Position numbers and translations under genes: made by a program. The notes beneath the pieces are model-generated. The model was given only the letters and a program-made list of their open reading frames with translations. It made no database searches and was not told where the DNA came from. This document shows, one piece after another, positions 37,284 through 45,866 of a stretch of 64,000 bases of DNA. The stretch lies in the sequence record PZ509022.1; one strand, 5' to 3'. Position 1 is the stretch's first letter. Every line of letters starts with the position of its first letter. This stretch comes from a phage.

Positions 37284-37316
37284 GTATAGTACCATGGAAG
37301 AACAGAGATGTAAACA
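37284..37316 (-). promoter_or_regulatory. Sigma70-type early promoter on the minus strand
   Basis: Plus strand shows gtaaac at 37310-37315, a 17-bp spacer, and atagta at 37286-37291. Confidence 0.5.
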
Positions 37317-37444
37317 GTTTTGTGAAAAAATTTTTAGGGAATTCTAGGGCAGGGATGGGCAATTAAAGGATAGGATAATATATTATAAAGGGTATAAACT
37401 AAATGATGCCTAGAGAGGTCCAGAAAGGCCTAGATACCAAAAAG

Positions 37445-37463
37445 CCCTATCATTTAGATAGGG
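37445..37463 (-). terminator. Rho-independent terminator (minus strand) after the internal-protein gene
   Basis: CCCTATC-ATTTA-GATAGGG hairpin followed on the minus strand by UUUUU. Confidence 0.55.
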
Positions 37464-37471
37464 ATTTAAAA

Positions 37472-38035
37472 TTATTTACCTAGTTTACTTATTATAGCTT
37501 CTGCAGCAGCTTTTAGCTTAGATGCAGTGTTAATACGATTTTTAATTTCAGTATACGCATCGCCAAGAACATCAAGGCTATCAGAATAAACACTTACACT
37601 ATTGCGTTCGCTATTTGAAATAGAACCTTTAGTTTTGCGGTCAAAATCGGTGTACACGTCTTGAAGATCGCGGGCTGCCTTCTTTGCATCATCCAATGCA
37701 TCAAGAGCTTTATTCAAAGCATTAACGTATTTTTTAGTGTCGAACATATTCTTAGAAATTTTAACAGGTGCGCGTTCAGGAGTAGCTAACACAGATTTAG
37801 GAACCTGAGCGCCAGATGCCAATTTCTTAGAAATTTTGAAAAATGCTTTATTGAATTTATTTTCTTGACTCATTGTAAAAGAACTATTATCGATGTTGTA
37901 CATTTCAATAGCTTTAGCTTTCCACTTAAGAAAATCGCCGCGGTCTTTTGGGTCCAATTGGAAGAATACTTTAGTAAGATCTGCTTCAGATGGTAATTTT
38001 GCTGCTTCGGTTAAAAATTCGGCATAGGTTTTCAT
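37472..38035 (-). CDS. Capsid-targeted internal protein (IPIII-like)
   Basis: 187-aa ORF beginning MKTYAEFLTEA-AKLP: MKTY capsid-targeting start with an L-x-E prohead-protease site; basic, Ala/Lys-rich. Confidence 0.65.
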   Translation of the reverse strand: MKTYAEFLTEAAKLPSEADLTKVFFQLDPKDRGDFLKWKAKAIEMYNIDNSSFTMSQENKFNKAFFKISKKLASGAQVPKSVLATPERAPVKISKNMFDTKKYVNALNKALDALDDAKKAARDLQDVYTDFDRKTKGSISNSERNSVSVYSDSLDVLGDAYTEIKNRINTASKLKAAAEAIISKLGK

Positions 38036-38130
38036 TTAAAATCCTTGAAATAATTTATCGGTTGGTTATTAATTATTTATTACTTTGTTACTATCCGTAA
38101 CAGCGTTATCCGAGTGATTCAAACTAAAAA

Positions 38131-38152
38131 GCCCCAACCTTTCGGTCGGGGC
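38131..38152 (-). terminator. Rho-independent terminator (minus strand) ending the tRNA/stable-RNA transcription unit
   Basis: GCCCC-GACC-GAAA-GGTT-GGGGC hairpin followed on the minus-strand RNA by UUUUU. Confidence 0.55.
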
Positions 38153-38460
38153 TAAGCCTTGCGGCAACCTTGTCGGGGTTCCACCTGCTAAGGCAAGTGT
38201 TTGTACGAAACGCCGGGATTCGAACCCGGTTATTAAGCAGTTGACGCTACTCAATATTTTTAAAAGGCCATATCTCGACCATATCCGAACGTTCCGTCAA
38301 AAACGCTACTCGGCTTACGGCAAAGATATTTCCTCGAATCGATAATTCGGTGCGCCGTTTCTGCTGTGATGTAAGGGGATATTAACAAATCGTAAAGATT
38401 TGTTAAGACCAGTCCTTACTCAGGGAACATCAGTCCGACGACTTACCGGTAGCGACCCGG
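38153..38460 (-). ncRNA. Structured non-coding RNA region, possibly T4-type stable RNAs (species 1/2); exact ends undetermined
   Basis: No credible ORF; T-arm-like element CCGGGTTCGAATCCCGG, GNRA hairpins (GCCGCAAGGC); sits where T4 carries rnaC/rnaD next to the tRNAs. Confidence 0.35.
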
Positions 38461-38464
38461 TTTC

Positions 38465-38815
38465 TTAATATTCTTTTAAAGCATCAATCTGTTCACGGCG
38501 TTTACGCCATAAATCAATTGCTTCATACGCAGATTCAGCATTTCGAATTAGACGGCATTTATATAAAGACTCGTGATTTTGATATTGCGTAGATAACGTA
38601 ATTTTATCTAAAAGGTCTTTACGTTCAAAGTATTCGTAACCATCTAAGCCAAATGAACGATTTTTGAGAAATTGCCAATGACCATATTCGTTTTCGACAT
38701 AAACATAATCCGCGTGTTGATAAAGCAAATTAATTACACGTTCAGAAATAACAGTGTCATTGTGATTAAAATAAAATGTTAAATCATGAACTACTAAATA
38801 AACATTACCTTTCAT
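38465..38815 (-). CDS. Hypothetical protein
   Basis: 116-aa ORF starting 16 nt downstream of tRNA-Arg. Confidence 0.55.
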   Translation of the reverse strand: MKGNVYLVVHDLTFYFNHNDTVISERVINLLYQHADYVYVENEYGHWQFLKNRSFGLDGYEYFERKDLLDKITLSTQYQNHESLYKCRLIRNAESAYEAIDLWRKRREQIDALKEY

Positions 38816-38831
38816 ATTTTCCTCACTTAAT

Positions 38832-38907
38832 TGGTCGAGGCAGTAGGGATCGAACCTACGACCTAGGACTTAGAAGGTCCTTGCTCTTCCTTCTGAGCTA
38901 TGCCCCG
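38832..38907 (-). tRNA. tRNA-Arg (anticodon UCU)
   Basis: Hand-folded 76-nt cloverleaf: acceptor CGGGGCA, anticodon loop CTTCTAA, T-arm GTAGG-TTCGATC-CCTAC, encoded CCA. Confidence 0.8.
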
Positions 38908-38911
38908 TAAT

Positions 38912-38987
38912 TGGGGTGACCGATGGGAGTCGAACCCATGACTACGAGAATCACAATCTCGAGTTCTACCAACTGAACTACGGCCAC
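38912..38987 (-). tRNA. tRNA-His (anticodon GUG)
   Basis: Hand-folded 76-nt cloverleaf: acceptor GTGGCCG, anticodon stem CGAGA/TCTCG, loop TTGTGAT, T-loop TTCGACT, CCA. Confidence 0.7.
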
Positions 38988-39081
38988 ATTAATACCTACT
39001 CCAACAATCAAGATGTCTTCACACGAAATTAAGAGAAGAGTGATCAGTTCAACCCCGATAATCGCGTCAAGTAGATATTAA

Positions 39082-39097
39082 TGTGACAATTGTCACA
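39082..39097. promoter_or_regulatory. Perfect 16-bp palindrome TGTGACAATTGTCACA (CRP-consensus-like half sites TGTGA-N6-TCACA)
   Basis: Read directly in the spacer between tRNA-Asn and tRNA-His. Confidence 0.3.
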
Positions 39098-39101
39098 AAT
39101 T

Positions 39102-39176
39102 TGGCGGACGTGATAGGATTCGAACCTATAACCAATCGCTTAACAGGCGATCGCTCTGCCATTGAGCTACACATCC
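39102..39176 (-). tRNA. tRNA-Asn (anticodon GUU)
   Basis: Hand-folded 75-nt cloverleaf: acceptor GGATGTG, anticodon stem ATCGC/GCGAT, loop CTGTTAA, T-loop TTCGAAT, CCA. Confidence 0.7.
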
Positions 39177-39180
39177 AAAT

Positions 39181-39267
39181 TGGTGGGGAGTGATGGAGTC
39201 GAACCACCCGAGTCGCAATGACAATGGATTTACAGTCCACACCGCTACCTCTACGGGATAACTCCCC
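39181..39267 (-). tRNA. tRNA-Tyr (anticodon GUA), type II with long variable arm
   Basis: 87-nt: acceptor GGGGAGT, anticodon loop CTGTAAA, long variable arm, T-loop TTCGACT, CCA. Confidence 0.6.
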
Positions 39268-39280
39268 TTAATTCTTAATT

Positions 39281-39355
39281 TGGTGGCCCTGGGTGGAATT
39301 GAACCACCATCTGGCGATTATGAGTCGCTTGCTTGAACCTTCCAGCTACAGGGCC
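39281..39355 (-). tRNA. tRNA with CAU anticodon (Met, or Ile if lysidine-modified)
   Basis: 75-nt: acceptor GGCCCTG/CAGGGCC, anticodon loop CTCATAA, T-arm GGTGG-TTCAATT-CCACC, CCA. Confidence 0.6.
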
Positions 39356-39356
39356 T

Positions 39357-39432
39357 TGGTGCTGATTGACGGAATCGAACCGCCGACCTTCTCATTACAA
39401 GTGAGTTGCTCTACCTACTGAGCTAAATCAGC
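39357..39432 (-). tRNA. tRNA-Thr (anticodon UGU)
   Basis: 76-nt: acceptor GCTGATT/AATCAGC, anticodon loop CTTGTAA, T-loop TTCGATT, CCA. Confidence 0.7.
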
Positions 39433-39437
39433 AAAAC

Positions 39438-39527
39438 TGGCGGAGGCGATAGGATTTGAACCTATGAGTCGCCGGAGCGACTGCCGGTTTTCAAGACCGG
39501 TGCATTAAACCACTCTGCCACGCCTCC
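39438..39527 (-). tRNA. tRNA-Ser (anticodon UGA), type II
   Basis: 90-nt: acceptor GGAGGCG, anticodon stem CCGGT/ACCGG, loop CTTGAAA, long variable arm, T-loop TTCAAAT, CCA. Confidence 0.75.
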
Positions 39528-39530
39528 AAA

Positions 39531-39538
39531 TATTTATA
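39531..39538 (-). promoter_or_regulatory. Late-promoter-like TATAAATA box (minus strand) at the segB 3' end / tRNA-Ser 5' junction
   Basis: Plus strand tatttata at 39531-39538, about 4-11 nt upstream of the tRNA-Ser 5' end. Confidence 0.35.
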
Positions 39539-40184
39539 TATTGTTAATTTGATTTAGAATTCTTTTTGCTTGAGTATGACTTACACCAATATGCTTAGCA
39601 TATTTAGATAATTCACCACGCTTAGAAAAATCATATAATTTAGAAATTTCTATTCTTCTTTTTCTTTCATCCGCCGAAACTTTTGCTTCGTTTGCTTTTG
39701 CTATTTTACGTTTAGCTTCTTGAGAGTGAGTTTTACCAGCAAAGCCATTCTTCATTAATCCATTTGAAGACCATCCTTTTAATTTTCCGTTAGAATGTGC
39801 CTTTTTAACACCCAATGAAATTAATTCGCGTTGCTGGTCTGTCATAGGATAATTATTTATATGATCCCATCCACCTTCACCACCAAGTTTTAAATTATAC
39901 ACATCTGGTCTATTTAAAAACTCTTCCGTGACAATATTTTTCTCGGCTTCAAGCATAGATTCTTTATCATCAAAATACTCTAATATTTCTTTAGAAAAAT
40001 TTTCTATACCATACTTATCTTGGGCTCTTTTTAATAATTTACCAGAACCCATATATCCATCATCTAAATTTTCGGTAGAATGCACACCAATATAAATTTT
40101 ATTATTAATTTTATTTGTTATTTTATAAAGATAAAAATGCATATCAGTCCCTAATAAAGAACTGAGCGTCTCACGACGAGTCAT
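39534..40184 (-). CDS. segB: GIY-YIG homing endonuclease SegB, inserted within the tRNA cluster
   Basis: 216-aa ORF; N-terminal GIY-YIG motif (YLYKITNKINNKIYIGVHS); occupies the gap between tRNA-Gly and tRNA-Ser as segB does in T4. Confidence 0.85.
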   Translation of the reverse strand: MTRRETLSSLLGTDMHFYLYKITNKINNKIYIGVHSTENLDDGYMGSGKLLKRAQDKYGIENFSKEILEYFDDKESMLEAEKNIVTEEFLNRPDVYNLKLGGEGGWDHINNYPMTDQQRELISLGVKKAHSNGKLKGWSSNGLMKNGFAGKTHSQEAKRKIAKANEAKVSADERKRRIEISKLYDFSKRGELSKYAKHIGVSHTQAKRILNQINNI

Positions 40185-40187
40185 AAA

Positions 40188-40261
<74 letters not shown>

Positions 40262-40266
40262 CAAAT

Positions 40267-40353
40267 TTGGTGCGAGAAGTGGGACTCGAACCCACAAGGA
40301 AATCATTCCGCAGCATTTTAAGTGCTGTGCCTTTACCAATTTGACCATTCTCG
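40267..40353 (-). tRNA. tRNA-Leu (anticodon UAA), type II
   Basis: 87-nt: acceptor GCGAGAA, anticodon stem CAGCA/TGCTG, loop CTTAAAA, long variable arm, T-arm GTGGG-TTCGAGT-CCCAC, CCA. Confidence 0.8.
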
Positions 40354-40354
40354 C

Positions 40355-40427
40355 GCTGGGAATAAAGGACTCGAACCTTTGCATCCTGGAATCAAAATCC
40401 AGTGCCTTACCAACTTGGCTAATTCCC
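40355..40427 (-). tRNA. tRNA-Gln (anticodon UUG), CCA not encoded
   Basis: Acceptor TGGGAAT/ATTCCCA, anticodon stem CTGGA/TCCAG, loop TTTTGAT, T-arm AAAGG-TTCGAGT-CCTTT; 1-nt spacer to tRNA-Leu (dimeric precursor arrangement). Confidence 0.75.
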
Positions 40428-40525
40428 AATTATTAACAAAGGCTCTCAAGCAAGAACCCTTGATGATAGAGGGTATTAATCAGTGCGATATGAGTTAATA
40501 ATAACAAATAATTCTTAAAGCATAT

Positions 40526-40813
40526 TTACCATTTATGATAATACATATTTATGATGCATTCAAGACCCAAAGGATTCTTGAAAATATCATATTCAAGAGG
40601 ACCTTTTTCTGTTTCAATAAAGAAATCAAAATTTACTGTATTAAATTTACGATCTTCCTTTACTAATTTAACCTGCGAAGATGAACGATCAATGTAAACC
40701 TTTTCAACTTCAAAACATGTTAAAATGCCATAATCATTAATCAAGGCTTTAGCTGCTTCTTGATCATATTTATATCCATTTTCAACAGACGATACTTTTG
40801 CATAAAGAATCAT
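40526..40813 (-). CDS. Hypothetical protein
   Basis: 95-aa ORF. Confidence 0.5.
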   Translation of the reverse strand: MILYAKVSSVENGYKYDQEAAKALINDYGILTCFEVEKVYIDRSSSQVKLVKEDRKFNTVNFDFFIETEKGPLEYDIFKNPLGLECIINMYYHKW

Positions 40814-40815
40814 TA

Positions 40816-41220
40816 TTAACCTTTATCAACAATAGTGTGAGTATGGGCATTTACAATTTGCCACCAATCGAAACTATCGCCAAATCGTTTTGATTTATTG
40901 TCTTCAATAATTTGACGTAATTCATCTTCTGTTTCAGCATACGCAATCAAATCATCATATCCACCGCAAGGATAATAATTATCGCCTGCAAACAAAAGAA
41001 AATTTACTTTAGATGGGTCTACATAATAATGCTCTTTAGGATATTTAGTTCCTTTCCAATCAGTTACTTCAACATAACGGTAAGAAAATCCATTTTTACT
41101 TTCAACCCAACTCCACGCTTCAAAAGGAGTATTAAAAACTCTATCAGGTATTAAATTACCTTCAAAATGAGAAGGATTTGCATAATCCCCAGCATAAACA
41201 TAATATTCGTTAATATTCAT
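40816..41220 (-). CDS. Hypothetical protein
   Basis: 134-aa ORF, aromatic-rich. Confidence 0.55.
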   Translation of the reverse strand: MNINEYYVYAGDYANPSHFEGNLIPDRVFNTPFEAWSWVESKNGFSYRYVEVTDWKGTKYPKEHYYVDPSKVNFLLFAGDNYYPCGGYDDLIAYAETEDELRQIIEDNKSKRFGDSFDWWQIVNAHTHTIVDKG

Positions 41221-41406
41221 TTATTCACCTTTAGAAATTTTATCCATAACGATAGCAATTAAACCAATTAAAAATGCTACTACAAGTGAAAAAACATTTT
41301 CTGCTGTAGTCAATAATCCGCATATAAATCCAACAAACATTGAAAAACTAAAAGCAGAAGCAGAAATTGCAATAGCAACATTTCGAATTAATTCACAACG
41401 TTTCAT
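41221..41406 (-). CDS. Small membrane protein
   Basis: 61-aa ORF with two hydrophobic helices; early promoter and GGAG ribosome-binding site upstream. Confidence 0.55.
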   Translation of the reverse strand: MKRCELIRNVAIAISASAFSFSMFVGFICGLLTTAENVFSLVVAFLIGLIAIVMDKISKGE

Positions 41407-41432
41407 TTTATTCTCCTCGGTAGTTGATAGGG

Positions 41433-41465
41433 TAATAGTATCACAACTAAAACCCTATGTAAACA
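41433..41465 (-). promoter_or_regulatory. Sigma70-type early promoter on the minus strand
   Basis: Plus strand shows gtaaac at 41459-41464, a 17-bp spacer, and atagta at 41435-41440. Confidence 0.5.
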
Positions 41466-41482
41466 ACTTTGTGAAATATTTA

Positions 41483-41770
41483 TTACAAAAGATTTTTAGC
41501 AATAATCTTGAGATGTGCTGCAGAAATGTGTTTAGCTTTAAACAACGCAGTTTCTTCGGCAGGAGAGATAACGATTGTAGCACCATCCTTTTTAGCAGAC
41601 CACCCATCACCTAGGTAAACAGTACCTTTGATTTCTTCGCCATCAACCAAGCTAATCATTGGTTTACCTTCTCGTCCTTTATTTGCTTTAATAACTTCAG
41701 AAGTAAGAGTAGCCTCGGTAATGGTAGAAACCGGGGTAGTTGTAGAAGTAAATTCTTTAAATGTTTTCAT
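41483..41770 (-). CDS. ipI: Internal protein I (capsid-packaged, injected with the DNA)
   Basis: 95-aa ORF starting MKTFKEF with an ITEA prohead-protease site; size and position match T4 ipI. Confidence 0.8.
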   Translation of the reverse strand: MKTFKEFTSTTTPVSTITEATLTSEVIKANKGREGKPMISLVDGEEIKGTVYLGDGWSAKKDGATIVISPAEETALFKAKHISAAHLKIIAKNLL

Positions 41771-41798
41771 TTTATTTTCCTAATTAATTTTGATGAGA

Positions 41799-41831
41799 TA
41801 ATAGTATCACTACCTCATCAACGTGTAAACA
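41799..41831 (-). promoter_or_regulatory. Sigma70-type early promoter upstream of ipI
   Basis: Plus strand shows gtaaac at 41825-41830, a 17-bp spacer, and atagta at 41801-41806. Confidence 0.5.
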
Positions 41832-41842
41832 ACTTTGTGAAA

Positions 41843-42539
<697 letters not shown>

Positions 42540-42540
<1 letters not shown>

Positions 42541-43265
42541 TATAGTACCTTTAGTGTATTTTTAATTTTAGAAAAAAGTTCTTCAAGAGAACCATCGTTT
42601 GTAATTACTAAATCGCCATCACGAATTGGCAATCCAGCTTCTGTAATATGAGTATCATTGGATTTTTGACCAGGACGAACTACATGAATTACTGTAGCAC
42701 CCATCGCCCTAGCCGCATCCATTTCATGATCTTGACGAGTATCAGGAACGATATAATAATCATAACCTGAGTTAAATTTATCAAGATAATCTAAAGCAAA
42801 TAATTTTACCCAATACATGCGGTCGAAGTTATTAACAATCAAATCCGTACCTAGGGCTTGCATCAGACGACGGACTGACCATTGATCTTCAATATTATTT
42901 ATAACGTCAGTAATTTTGTTAAATGCTACGAAATTAACTGATTCTTTTCCTTCGTCATCAAAAACAAACACACCTTTAATTGGGCTTTTGCCGTTAAGAT
43001 AGCAAAATGCTTGTTCCATAATCGTGATTACTTCTAATTTAGTCAGATTTAAATTAGTCTCACGATCATAGTCAATTCCTTCAAACTCTTTACGAGTCAA
43101 GCAAGGATAGTCGGTGTTTGCTGCAAATACTCCCCATGCATAAGCCAATGCATCCTTAATAGGGCCAGCAAGTTGGTATTTAACTGCAGAATAATTACTC
43201 ATGATAAAATCAGCAGTAGTATCTTTTCCACTACGCTTTACACCGCTTAAAAAGATTAGTTTCAT
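42540..43265 (-). CDS. 1: Deoxynucleoside monophosphate kinase gp1
   Basis: ORF trimmed to MKLIFLSGVKRSGKDT (241 aa) with a P-loop; the ORF-track start at 43304 is 13 codons longer. Confidence 0.88.
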
Positions 43266-43314
43266 GTGTTTCTCCTCAAATTTAATTAAGATTATAACAC
43301 ACAAAACTGAAGCA

Positions 43315-43845
43315 TTAAACTTCTGCTATAATTTTACCATCTTTTTCTACTTGAAAATAGGTGTAAGGAATCGTTGCTGTACATACTAAAGCCGGGTCTG
43401 AATCTTCCGTGTAGCTAAATTCTACTTCAGATAGGTCAGAAACCCAAGGCTTATAAAAATTTATTGACATCACGATTTCAGTTTTACTATTATCTAAAAT
43501 GTAAAGCGTAATGTATTCAGGACCTGTTTTTTGGGCAGTATTTTCGCCTGTAAGATAGTTACTAGTTCCTAGCATCCATTCATACATTCCTATCCACGAC
43601 TTAAGCTCTTCGTCAACTATAAATCTCACGATGAGTGGATCGTACTCAAATGTAACACCTGGACGTTGTGCTCGACCAAGTCCAAACGGCCCAGTCACGG
43701 TATCAGTAACAGGTATTCTAATTCCTGGAATAGGAACTGACTGAGCATTTAAAGTAAAAGCAGATGTAGTATTACTATGTGGTATTGATACTACAAAGTT
43801 AGTTGTATTTGCTTGGTTAAAAATTTGTTGCAGTGCTTGCGACAT
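43315..43845 (-). CDS. 3: Tail completion / sheath stabiliser gp3
   Basis: ORF trimmed to MSQALQQIFNQANTT (176 aa, the T4 gp3 length). Confidence 0.8.
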   Translation of the reverse strand: MSQALQQIFNQANTTNFVVSIPHSNTTSAFTLNAQSVPIPGIRIPVTDTVTGPFGLGRAQRPGVTFEYDPLIVRFIVDEELKSWIGMYEWMLGTSNYLTGENTAQKTGPEYITLYILDNSKTEIVMSINFYKPWVSDLSEVEFSYTEDSDPALVCTATIPYTYFQVEKDGKIIAEV

Positions 43846-43951
43846 ATATTCCTCATAATGCTTTATAAATGTTGGTGGTATAATGGGTCTAAGTCCCTTC
43901 CATTCAATTCCAATTAGAACAAACAATAGAAAAGAATGGAAGATAATAGAA

Positions 43952-44776
43952 TTAGATATTTGACCAGACTTTGTTTGCAGAGAAACGTTTTCCTTTTGAA
44001 ACGAACTGCTGAAGTGGCATTAACACAACGTTCGCCCAGTCTTTCGGGGCGATTTCAACAAGGCTACCCATAATATTACCAGGTATATATGCCTTAATCA
44101 TTTGGTCTGCACCCCTAAATCCTTTCACTTGACTCCAATCAATTTTTAATTTCGTTTTATTAGTAATAGTAGGTGTATTTGAATATTGCTTTAAAAGCTC
44201 TTCTAGAAACTGTTGACGAGCTTTAGGTGGAATATAGTGCAAGTTCAATCCGTGCATTAAATTATGCTTACCTAAACCAAGGTAAATTATCAAAGGAAAT
44301 TTATCCCAGTAAGGAAGAGTTTCCTTGTGTTTAGCATCATAAGCAAAAGCATATATTCGTCCCGGCTGCGGGCGAACAACCTTATGTCCTTTTACTTGCT
44401 TAATAGTTTCAGCAAACCATTTTCTGGTTTTATTATTAATTGCTGCGCCTTCATTACGAATTTTATCGCGCAATGTTTGTCTGAATGAATTTATCATAAG
44501 CAGTTGTCTTTCTTGCTTATTGAGTTTATTCATTGGTTTTGATTCAAGCTTTTGAATCTTTTCAGCCGTTTTAATTCCTGAAGCATATTTTGACATTGCT
44601 GAAGTAAACGTAGAGTATTTGATTCCTCTTTCTTCAGCAAATTGCTTTCCTGTCATTCCTTTTGCTTTGGCCTTTTTATATTCAAGACCTATCTGAATCC
44701 ATTTCTTTTCGTTTAATGATTGCTTAACTTTTGGAACTTGGGGAGTGCTTTCATTAATTATTTGAAAAATAGCCAT
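43952..44776 (-). CDS. 2: DNA end-protector protein gp2
   Basis: 274-aa ORF in the T4 gene 2 position; stop overlaps the gene 4 start. Confidence 0.85.
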   Translation of the reverse strand: MAIFQIINESTPQVPKVKQSLNEKKWIQIGLEYKKAKAKGMTGKQFAEERGIKYSTFTSAMSKYASGIKTAEKIQKLESKPMNKLNKQERQLLMINSFRQTLRDKIRNEGAAINNKTRKWFAETIKQVKGHKVVRPQPGRIYAFAYDAKHKETLPYWDKFPLIIYLGLGKHNLMHGLNLHYIPPKARQQFLEELLKQYSNTPTITNKTKLKIDWSQVKGFRGADQMIKAYIPGNIMGSLVEIAPKDWANVVLMPLQQFVSKGKRFSANKVWSNI

Positions 44777-45228
44777 TATGCCCCCTTAAAGCCAAGAGCT
44801 CGTAATCCATCTTCTGTTAGAATTCTAAATTTTATTCCACGCTTTTCAGCTAAAGATTGTGCTGCTTTCCATTTGTCAGTATTAACGGAATATGTATAAA
44901 TTTCATTCATAAATCTTTTCTTCGCTGCAGTTGTTAGATGTGCTGGTTTAACCGGTGGTTGTGTTTCTTTTTTAGGTTTTATTTCAATAAAAAATTCTTG
45001 TCCAGAAGAATCTTTCATCCAAATATCCATGAAGTATCTACGTTTTTTCCCTTCTGCATTACAAAAATAAGGAATTACTGCTGTTTCACTACCCCATGCA
45101 ATAATTTCTGGATTTTTATCTAACCATTCAAAAAAGAATTTTTCCCAATTTGATCTATACGTAATTTTTTTAGGGTCACCTCTATACTTTGATATATTTT
45201 TAGGAACCCATTTTCCAGAATATGCCAT
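44776..45228 (-). CDS. 4: Head completion protein gp4
   Basis: 150-aa ORF with a late promoter box upstream. Confidence 0.85.
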   Translation of the reverse strand: MAYSGKWVPKNISKYRGDPKKITYRSNWEKFFFEWLDKNPEIIAWGSETAVIPYFCNAEGKKRRYFMDIWMKDSSGQEFFIEIKPKKETQPPVKPAHLTTAAKKRFMNEIYTYSVNTDKWKAAQSLAEKRGIKFRILTEDGLRALGFKGA

Positions 45229-45239
45229 TGGATTCTCCT

Positions 45240-45247
45240 TATAAATA
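45240..45247 (+). promoter_or_regulatory. Late promoter box TATAAATA for gene 53
   Basis: Exact TATAAATA about 29 nt upstream of the gene 53 ATG; GGAGG ribosome-binding site follows. Confidence 0.65.
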
Positions 45248-45254
45248 GATAATA

Positions 45255-45262
45255 TATTTATA
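45255..45262 (-). promoter_or_regulatory. Late promoter box TATAAATA (minus strand) for gene 4
   Basis: Plus strand tatttata at 45255-45262, about 27 nt upstream of the gene 4 ATG; divergent from the gene 53 promoter. Confidence 0.6.
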
Positions 45263-45275
45263 AACAGGAGGGCCC

Positions 45276-45866
45276 ATGCTCTTTACATTTTTTGATCCGA
45301 TTGAATATGCGGCCAAAACGGTGAATAAAAACGCGCCGACTATTCCTATGACAGATATTTTTAGAAACTATAAAGACTATTTTAAACGCGCTCTTGCGGG
45401 ATACCGCTTACGTACTTACTATATTAAAGGTTCACCACGCCCGGAAGAATTAGCAAATACTATATATGGAAATCCACAGCTGTATTGGGTTTTATTGATG
45501 TGTAATGATAATTATGATCCATATTATGGATGGATTACTTCACAAGAAGCAGCTTATCAAGCATCTATACAAAAATACAAAAATGTGGGTGGAGACCAGA
45601 TAGTATATCATGTGAATGAGAACGGTGAAAAATTTTATAATTTAATATCATACGATGATAATCCATATGTTTGGTATGATAAAGGTGATAAAGCTAGAAA
45701 ATATCCTCAATATGAAGGAGCACTTGCTGCGGTCGATACGTATGAAGCGGCTGTTCTTGAAAATGAAAAACTTCGTCAAATAAAAATAATAGCAAAATCA
45801 GACATTAATTCATTTATGAACGACCTTATACGTATAATGGAGAAATCTTATGGAAATGATAAGTAA
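45276..45866 (+). CDS. 53: Baseplate wedge protein gp53
   Basis: 196-aa ORF, same length and position as T4 gp53. Confidence 0.9.
   Translation: MLFTFFDPIEYAAKTVNKNAPTIPMTDIFRNYKDYFKRALAGYRLRTYYIKGSPRPEELANTIYGNPQLYWVLLMCNDNYDPYYGWITSQEAAYQASIQKYKNVGGDQIVYHVNENGEKFYNLISYDDNPYVWYDKGDKARKYPQYEGALAAVDTYEAAVLENEKLRQIKIIAKSDINSFMNDLIRIMEKSYGNDK

Noticed and set aside
38069-38254. 61-aa minus-strand ORF
   Set aside because: Spans the terminator hairpin and the structured RNA region; the translation is Gly/Pro/Thr-rich and derives from GC-rich RNA stems.
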